Shown here: piece by piece, positions 60,333-64,000 of the stretch
Layout: each line of letters opens with the position of its first letter
Numbering within the stretch: position 1 is the stretch's first letter
Notes under the pieces: model-generated
The model's input: the letters and a program-made list of their open reading frames with translations, nothing else
Databases searched by the model: none
What the model was told of the DNA's origin: nothing
Program-made: the position numbers and the translations under genes
Assembly (NCBI RefSeq): GCF_009914755.1
Contig: NC_060941.1
Direction: 5' to 3' (one strand)
Source: the human T2T-CHM13v2.0 reference genome, Homo sapiens
Length of the DNA: 64,000 nt

Positions 60333-60654
60333 CCACTCTCCTTATCATCTTAATTCCAAGTTCTTGAGGAAGGGGACCACTTTTGTCTTCTCTGGTGGTC
60401 CCTCGCCTACTGCTTAGCTTTCTTTACAGCCTGCAATAATCCCCGAGCACCCCCACTGGTACAGGGAGAAGTCTAGCTCCTGACCAGGCTCTGATTTCCC
60501 CGGCCCTGCCCTATTCAAGTTCCTCAAATTCCTTGACCCCAACCCTTGCCCCATAAGAAACCTCCCCATGACCCTGACCCTGACAGAGAACTGGCTGTGA
60601 AAATTTTTGCATTGACAACAGATATTGGAATGCAGGGATTCCCTATCTACTTCA

Positions 60655-61032
<378 letters not shown>

Positions 61033-61467
61033 TCAAGGAGTTTATGGACCCCCAAAGCCAACCCAGGGACTCCAGTTAACAGCACCTTCTCCAGAGTATT
61101 CCGGCTGGTAATTAGCTTGTTTGGCAGAAGGTGTCAGTCCAGCTGTCAATAATGCCTTTGGTCATCGCTGATTCCTAAGTTTAAAGTATTCAACAATATG
61201 AATAGTTACAATTTATTGAGCATTTGCTGTGTTACTGTGCTTAGAATTACTAATCCTCACAAATGCCCTGTGAGTTAGAGATAAAATTGTCCTTATTTTG
61301 CAGTTGAAGAAACAGAGGCCAGAAGAGCTTCTGTAACTTGCCCCAGGTCTCACAACCAGCAAGTCGCCTGCTCCAGAGCCTCCCCTGTGAGACAGAACCC
61401 GTTAGGAGATGAGGCCTGCCCTGGGTGACCCTGCCCGGCTGTGAGATTAGAGCTTGAGGGCAGGGTG

Positions 61468-61850
61468 TGTATAAAGTCATCTCAGGCTGCTGTAATAAAA
61501 TGCCATAGCTAGGTGCCTCAGACAACAGAAATTGATTTTCTCACAGTTCTACAGGTTAGAAGTCCAAGATCAAGGTGCCAGTGTGGCTCATTTCTGGTGA
61601 GGGTTCCCTGCCTGTCTTGTAGATGGTAGATGGCCACCTTCTCACACTGTGTCCTTACAAGGCAAGGCAGAAAGAAAAGAGAGCGAAAGAGAGCCCAAGC
61701 CCTCTGGTGTCCCTTCTAATAACGGCACTAATCCCATCAAAAGGTCCCACCTTCACCTAAACCTAATTATCTCTCAAAGGCTCCACCTCCAAACTGGGGG
61801 TTAGGGCTTCCACATGTGAGTTTGGGAGGTACACGATTTAGTCCATAGCA
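61468..61850. mobile_element. MaLR (MLT1A-like) solo LTR
   Basis: ggctgctgtaataaaatgccatag...acaacagaaattgattttctcacagttct...gtccaagatcaaggtg...tttagtccatagca. Confidence 0.8.
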
Positions 61851-62016
61851 GTGAGTGAAACCAGCTGATGACTGGCTGGTGGAACTGGGCTCATTTCTGT
61901 CTGGGTCTCTGAGCACTGCACTGGCCAGGTTTGTAAGCCCACTCCACAGCCATGTGCTTGACACCTGGCAGGTGCTCCGTGTGTGTCGGATGAATACACT
62001 GGACAAAAGAAAAAAA

Positions 62017-62349
<333 letters not shown>

Positions 62350-64000
62350 CTCTAGCCTGGTGCAAGGGTCCCCTGTAAGCTCTGCATGGAGCCCCTGCCT
62401 GCACCTGGACACCTCTGGTGACAGAGACCTCCATCATAAGATTGCTGTGACAGGGAGAAAGTTCATTATAGTGACCTACATCCAGGTCCTTGTCACTTCC
62501 GTCCATTGCTCCTGCTGGCCCCCTGCTTTCCTGCAGTATATCCTGGATTAACTCCCTGATCTCTCTGTGAATCTGCTGACCTCTGCATTCCTTGGAAGAG
62601 AAATCAGTCTGACCTCGTTGCTTCTGGAACCAGCTGGGATGAGAGGGTAGTTTGATCAGGTGATCCTAGCGGCCTCTTAAGTCTCTCAGAGAGCACTGGC
62701 CAGGAAAGAAAGCAGTACTGGCCACCATATGCTCCAGGCTGATCCTAGCAGTGCAACCACATTGCACAACTCCAGGGGGTGCCTTCTGGTGTTGTGCATT
62801 GTGGGCAACCATGGCCCAGGAGCCACATGCCTGTGACTCCTGAGTCCCTGACATGCTCTGGTTTTCTCAGAACTAATTAATGTGAGAGCAAGGACAGTGG
62901 CTGCAGTGGCCACAAGAGGCATCTGGGTCTCCATTCATTATTACACCATGGCTGAAACAAGAGGTGGTCTGTGAGGAGGGGTTGAAAGGGCAGCGTGACC
63001 TTGTCAGGTCATTCCAGCCCAAGACAGGAACCAGTCCCAGCGTCTGCTTCTACAAGGCTTCCTGTGTTAAGGGGACTTCATTCACCAATTGTTTGTTCAT
63101 TTCATGTTTATTGAGCACCTGTTATGTGCCATGCAGAAACAACCAAGTCACAGCCTTTGCTCTTAAGGAGCTCAGAGTTTGATGAGGCTGATGTGAGAAG
63201 AGCTAGGAGCATAGTGAGATGACAGGAACATAGAGAAGTGATCTCCCATCTCAGGCAAAGGGAGGGCTGGGAAGTGGCTGTACAGAGGAAGCCATGTTCG
63301 AGCTGGGCCTTGTAGGGTGAGTAGGAGCTCATCCAGCAAATAGGGCAGGGGGACATTAAGGGCTGGCAGCAATGTAACAGTGTAGGTCACATCAAAGGAA
63401 GGGTTGGTAGGGCTGTATTTCCACAGTGAGGGCTGTGTTGGGGTTGGGGTCAGGGCAGAGCAGGGCAGTAGGCTGGGAAAGTTGGGGCTGGGTTATGAAG
63501 AGCCCCATGTGCTGAACTGGGGAACTTGTGCTTTATCCTGGTGGGTGCTGGGGCATGCAAGCTTCTGAGCAAAGCTGGGTGAGGATCAGATTCCTGCTTC
63601 AGAATGGTGGCTCTGGAGGAGAGACCCGGGCTGGGGCAAGGGTGGAGGCAGGAAACCCTATTAGGAGGGGCAGGAGGGCCCAGAGAGGGCAGAATGAGGG
63701 CCTGCCGGAGGAGGAGGAGGAGTTGGCTTTGGGAGCCATTTCAAAAGAATCCAGGACTTGGCTGTGGGTGGAGGAGAGAGGGAGGAGTCACAAGACCGCC
63801 CTAAGGTGAGCAGTGTGAATGGAGGCAGTTTGGGGCAGGGGTAGGTAGGATGCTGTGGTTCCGGATAGGTGAGTTTTAAGAGCCTACAGACACCCAGGTA
63901 GAAATGGATTCTCAATGGGAAGAAGAGTCCCGGAGCTCAAGTGAGTGTGGTGTTGGACAGGGAGGCCTGGATAGCAGCGCTGCTTGGGAATGGTATTTTC

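Overview
Human/primate GC-rich genomic DNA, densely filled with Alu, L1, L2, MIR and MER repeats. It carries the body of ARHGAP23 (Rho GTPase-activating protein 23; PDZ, PH and RhoGAP domains) on the + strand. I assembled 22 consecutive GT-AG coding exons (canonical exons 2-23, 13133-55654). They total 3384 nt (1128 codons), every splice phase matches, there is no internal stop, and the GAP arginine finger (GIYRVPG) is intact. Canonical exon 1 and the last exon lie outside the window. The gene identity is recognised from memory of the protein, not from a database search. There is no prokaryotic-type system here. The most interesting unexplained structure concerns isoform control and repeats. 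(1) A CpG-island candidate first exon is open for 178 codons and in frame with exon 2, but has no ATG. (2) A second internal promoter/first exon in intron 6 is out of frame with exon 7 but in frame with exon 8. (3) A stop-carrying 23-nt exon (ADLLEI*) has a ~150-nt AG-free tract and a downstream QKI motif, and would escape NMD by geometry. (4) Three dispersed, same-strand ~43-bp degenerate tandem arrays resemble an amplified L2 segment.
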